A DNA stretch of 1,455 bases from Naegleria gruberi (taxonomy: Eukaryota): assembly GCA_000004985.1 (NCBI GenBank), contig GG739418.1; one strand, given 5' to 3'. The notes beneath the pieces were generated by a model. It saw only the letters and a list, made by a program, of their open reading frames with translations, searched no databases and was not told the DNA's origin. Below, piece by piece: positions 1 to 1,455 of the stretch; the first letter of the stretch is position 1; each line of letters starts with the position of its first letter. Position numbers and translations under genes: made by a program.

Positions 1-1
1 T

Positions 2-594
2 GTATTTCATTATTGGATGATTATTAGTTGTGGAAATGCCATGAGGTTTTAGTACCTTTCTGAAGCATTGAGAATATTATTTTCTGATTGTATTTCCAAA
101 GAGGATTTGGAAAAAGCAAGAAATTATTATATCAGTATTGGAGTACGATGAATTGTACTCTCCAGAATATTTGTCCTTAAATGTTCATCATCTTATTCAT
201 TTTACCGAAATTGAGAGACATGGTCTCCTATGTTTTCCTATAATAAGATATTCAAGAAATTTATTCATGGCACATATCAAGTTGAAAACTACCTCGCAGA
301 ATCAATAAATATTTCAAGGGAAGTGTCTATTCGTATCTCTAAAGAAGAAAATTCATCATTACTCCAACTTATTGATTAGAATTATGTAAGTATCATTGAA
401 ACAAATCATTCATAATTAATACTCAAACATAGGAATTTCATGTTAACACTACGGCTAATGATGTCATGGTGGTGAAGAAAGATTGTTTAGGTAAAATTCT
501 TAGTTTCAATATCAACCAATGGATATTCCAAGAATCTCAATTTGCAATCACAGTTAGTGATCTGCACCATCTGATTCCATATCAAGCAAATTAA
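2..594 (+). pseudogene. Degenerate C-terminal portion of an En/Spm (CACTA, TnpD-type) transposase: a DUF4218-like remnant followed by a DUF4216-like remnant, broken by frameshifts and in-frame stops
   Basis: Four + strand segments translate as one protein if frameshifts are allowed. (1) Frame 2, 2-49: VFHYWMIISCGNAMRF, stop 50-52. (2) Frame 2, 53-148: YLSEALRILFSDCISKEDLEKARNYYISIGVR, stop 149-151. (3) Frame 3, 153-305: LYSPEYLSLNVHHLIHFTEIERHGLLCFPIIRYSRNLFMAHIKLKTTSQNQ, stop 306-308. (4) Frame 2, 311-376: ISREVSIRISKEENSSLLQLID, stop 377-379. (5) Frame 1, 433-591: EFHVNTTANDVMVVKKDCLGKILSFNINQWIFQESQFAITVSDLHHLIPYQAN, stop 592-594. From memory, 'LFSDCISK...' then 'SPEYLSLNVHHLIH..EIERHG..CFPIIRY' resembles the DUF4218 consensus FFRDLCSRK ... 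PPSFFDVMVHLVVHL..E....GPV..WMYPFERY. The motif 'NQWIFQESQFAITVSD' resembles the DUF4216 EPFI.ASQA.QVFYV.D block. The motif order matches that of known En/Spm transposases. No database search was possible, so the family assignment is tentative. Confidence 0.4.
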
Positions 595-681
595 TTGCGT
601 CTTCTGAAGGTTGTGTTGCTGTTGTGTCAGGTTTTTTGATCCAATCTTTAAAAAGTGTTAAAAAATCAACTTGTTCATCTT
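554..681 (-). CDS. Candidate 3'-terminal coding exon (eukaryotic style), phase-2 start, encoding ...(E)DEQVDFLTLFKDWIKKPDTTATQPSEDAINLLDMESDGADH*
   Basis: The - strand reads caatggtcaattctcttctttgcag|AAGATGAACAAG across + 705-670, which is a polypyrimidine tract followed by CAG (AG at + 683-682). From 681 downward the frame GAT GAA CAA GTT ... GAT CAC TAA is open for 42 codons and ends with stop TAA at + 556-554. The translated peptide has a compositionally protein-like acidic/Ser-Thr tail. A - strand AATAAA lies further downstream at + 981-976? No, that is upstream. No canonical polyA signal was found in the 150 nt 3' of the stop, which lowers confidence. Confidence 0.22.
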
Positions 682-858
682 CTGCAAAGAAGAGAATTGA
701 CCATTGTTGGCTCTGACATGTTCTCTTGTTGGTGAAGAGGCAGACAAAACAGCAGGATTATATTTCACCTTATTGAATTTTAATCGAAGCTTTCTTACTT
801 CGAATATGGAATCAATTTCATTACTAGGAAATTCAAAAACAAATATTTCCCAATTCAA
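658..858 (-). CDS. Tracked 66-aa ORF, probably spurious
   Basis: The start codon is TTG (the rc of + 856-858 'caa'), not ATG, and there is no Shine-Dalgarno-like sequence upstream. It overlaps the 704-937 + ORF antisense over its whole length. Its 3' end crosses the candidate splice acceptor in a different frame from the better-looking acidic-tail frame. No recognisable motif. Confidence 0.08.
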   Translation of the reverse strand: MNWEIFVFEFPSNEIDSIFEVRKLRLKFNKVKYNPAVLSASSPTREHVRANNGQFSSLQKMNKLIF

Positions 859-937
859 ATTAGCTACAAAACTAGTTGAAGAGTTGAATGAAATTAATGG
901 AAAATCAATTGATGTTTATAACTCTTACACTGATTAA
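704..937 (+). CDS. Tracked 77-aa ORF, probably spurious
   Basis: The start codon is TTG (704-706). The first ATG in frame is at M35. The only upstream purine run is aagaagaga (687-695), which is a poor SD. It is antisense to the other tracked ORF. No recognisable motif. Confidence 0.08.
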   Translation: MLALTCSLVGEEADKTAGLYFTLLNFNRSFLTSNMESISLLGNSKTNISQFKLATKLVEELNEINGKSIDVYNSYTD

Positions 938-957
938 ATTGATCCAAGGACCTATTA

Positions 958-1001
958 GAATTCCAATCTTTTTAATTTATTCAGTGTAAGAATTGGAATT
1001 C
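958..1001. repeat. Perfect 10-bp inverted repeat gaattccaat / attggaattc with a 24-nt spacer. The second arm sits inside a 12-bp self-palindrome ttggaattccaa (993-1004)
   Basis: Read directly: 958-967 gaattccaat, and 992-1001 attggaattc is its exact reverse complement. The spacer 968-991 contains tttatt (976-981), which is AATAAA on the - strand. Function unknown. It could form a hairpin in RNA from either strand. Confidence 0.5.
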
Positions 1002-1078
1002 CAACAGATTCTGTACAAAGATGGCTATCATTATTTCTTGAAAGCTATACATGTTCTAAATGTAAATGCCAAAAATAA

Positions 1079-1315
1079 GATTATTGTAAATGTCCAAATG
1101 ACATTTCAACACCTTTAGTCTATCCTTTAAGAACTGTTACTGAAGCAATTGAAATGCAACAAAAATTATCAATTGGTACCTCATGTAATGGCTACAAGTT
1201 TATTACAGTCACTGATATTCAAATCAAAGATATGCAGATTGATTCCAAGTCTAAAAAATCCAAACAGGTAAAAACTAGACTAAAAATAAAAAATGAAACA
1301 ACAACTTTTTCCTGA
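1079..1315 (+). CDS. Stop-free reading frame of 79 codons (frame 2), a possible coding exon or small ORF. Internal ATG at 1154 and GT donor-like site at 1267
   Basis: Translation: DYCKCPNDISTPLVYPLRTVTEAIEMQQKLSIGTSCNGYKFITVTDIQIKDMQIDSKSKKSKQ|VKTRLKIKNETTTFS*, with stop TGA at 1313-1315. In DNA this AT-rich, 79 stop-free codons is uncommon by chance. The opposite strand is full of stops here. The sequence cag|gtaaaa at 1264-1271 matches a 5' splice-site consensus right after ...SKKSKQ. The ORF track did not report it because the longest Met-initiated part is 53 aa. No family was recognised. Confidence 0.2.
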   Translation, partial: DYCKCPNDISTPLVYPLRTVTEAIEMQQKLSIGTSCNGYKFITVTDIQIKDMQIDSKSKKSKQVKTRLKIKNETTTFS

Positions 1316-1455
1316 CCATTTGCTTTCTGAAATTATTGCCTTCTCTCCGTCAATCAAATACAACTTGATGATGACTTGCAAACATTTTAACAACGCTGTA
1401 ATAATTCTATAGTGATGTAAATAGAAGGCCTAAAATTTCCAAATTAACGGCTATC

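Noticed and set aside
304-309. AATAAA on the + strand as a polyA signal
   Set aside because: It overlaps the TAA stop of a transposase-remnant segment. AATAAA is expected by chance many times in AT-rich sequence of this composition, and there is no supporting GU-rich downstream element.
433-594. Independent 42-aa Met-initiated ORF (ATG 466) as a small gene
   Set aside because: It is better explained as the last DUF4216-like segment of the frameshifted transposase remnant. It is below any reasonable size threshold and has no start context.
658-937. The two tracked ORFs (66 aa on -, 77 aa on +) as a possible overlapping small-protein or toxin-antitoxin-like pair
   Set aside because: Both start at TTG, with no ATG start and no ribosome-binding site. 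They are fully antisense to each other, so at most one can be real. Neither has a recognisable motif. A different - strand frame gives a better-looking C-terminal peptide across the same DNA.
1267-1410. A complete GT...AG intron (1267-1410) joining the 1079-1266 exon to downstream coding sequence
   Set aside because: The donor-like site is good, but the nearest AG after a pyrimidine run (ttctatag, 1403-1410) is followed immediately by TGA in phase 0. This would only add a stop, and no downstream exon is visible in the window. I kept it only as a note under the 1079-1315 finding.
1-1455. tRNA or other structured RNA genes
   Set aside because: No GTTCRANYC T-loop match was found on either strand, there is no acceptor-stem or anticodon-arm geometry, and no rRNA-like conserved blocks.
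1-1455. CRISPR array or tandem repeat array
   Set aside because: There are no regularly spaced direct repeats of 24-48 bp. The only repeats are a single inverted pair (958-1001), a short imperfect direct pair (1061-1098) and a GTT/TGT-rich microsatellite-like stretch (611-627), which is simply the TTATQ-coding run on the - strand.

Overview
This 1455-bp window is AT-rich (about 32% GC by eye) and has stops in every frame; the longest tracked ORFs are 66 and 77 aa. Both tracked ORFs start at TTG (I checked the codons at 704-706 and at 858-856) and they overlap antisense to each other. This does not look like ordinary prokaryotic coding DNA. I read it as eukaryotic-style intergenic or repeat DNA, possibly plant or invertebrate nuclear sequence.

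The main content is a decayed transposase C-terminal fragment on the + strand, spanning about positions 2-594. It reads across four frame-shifted, stop-interrupted segments. From memory, their translations match the DUF4218-like block followed by the DUF4216-like block that occur in that order in En/Spm (CACTA, TnpD-type) transposases. That assignment rests on recalled motifs, not a search, and should be confirmed by HMM search.

I also see three other things worth checking. There is a candidate 3'-terminal coding exon on the - strand (554-681) with a textbook polypyrimidine/CAG acceptor and an acidic C-terminal tail. There is an unexpectedly long stop-free + frame (1079-1315, 79 codons) with a GT donor-like site at 1267. 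There is a perfect 10-bp inverted repeat (958-967 / 992-1001) bracketing a - strand AATAAA. I found no tRNA or rRNA, no CRISPR repeats, and no convincing bacterial promoter/RBS-ORF pair. I do not see evidence of a novel multi-gene 'system' here; the window looks like transposon debris plus possible exon fragments.
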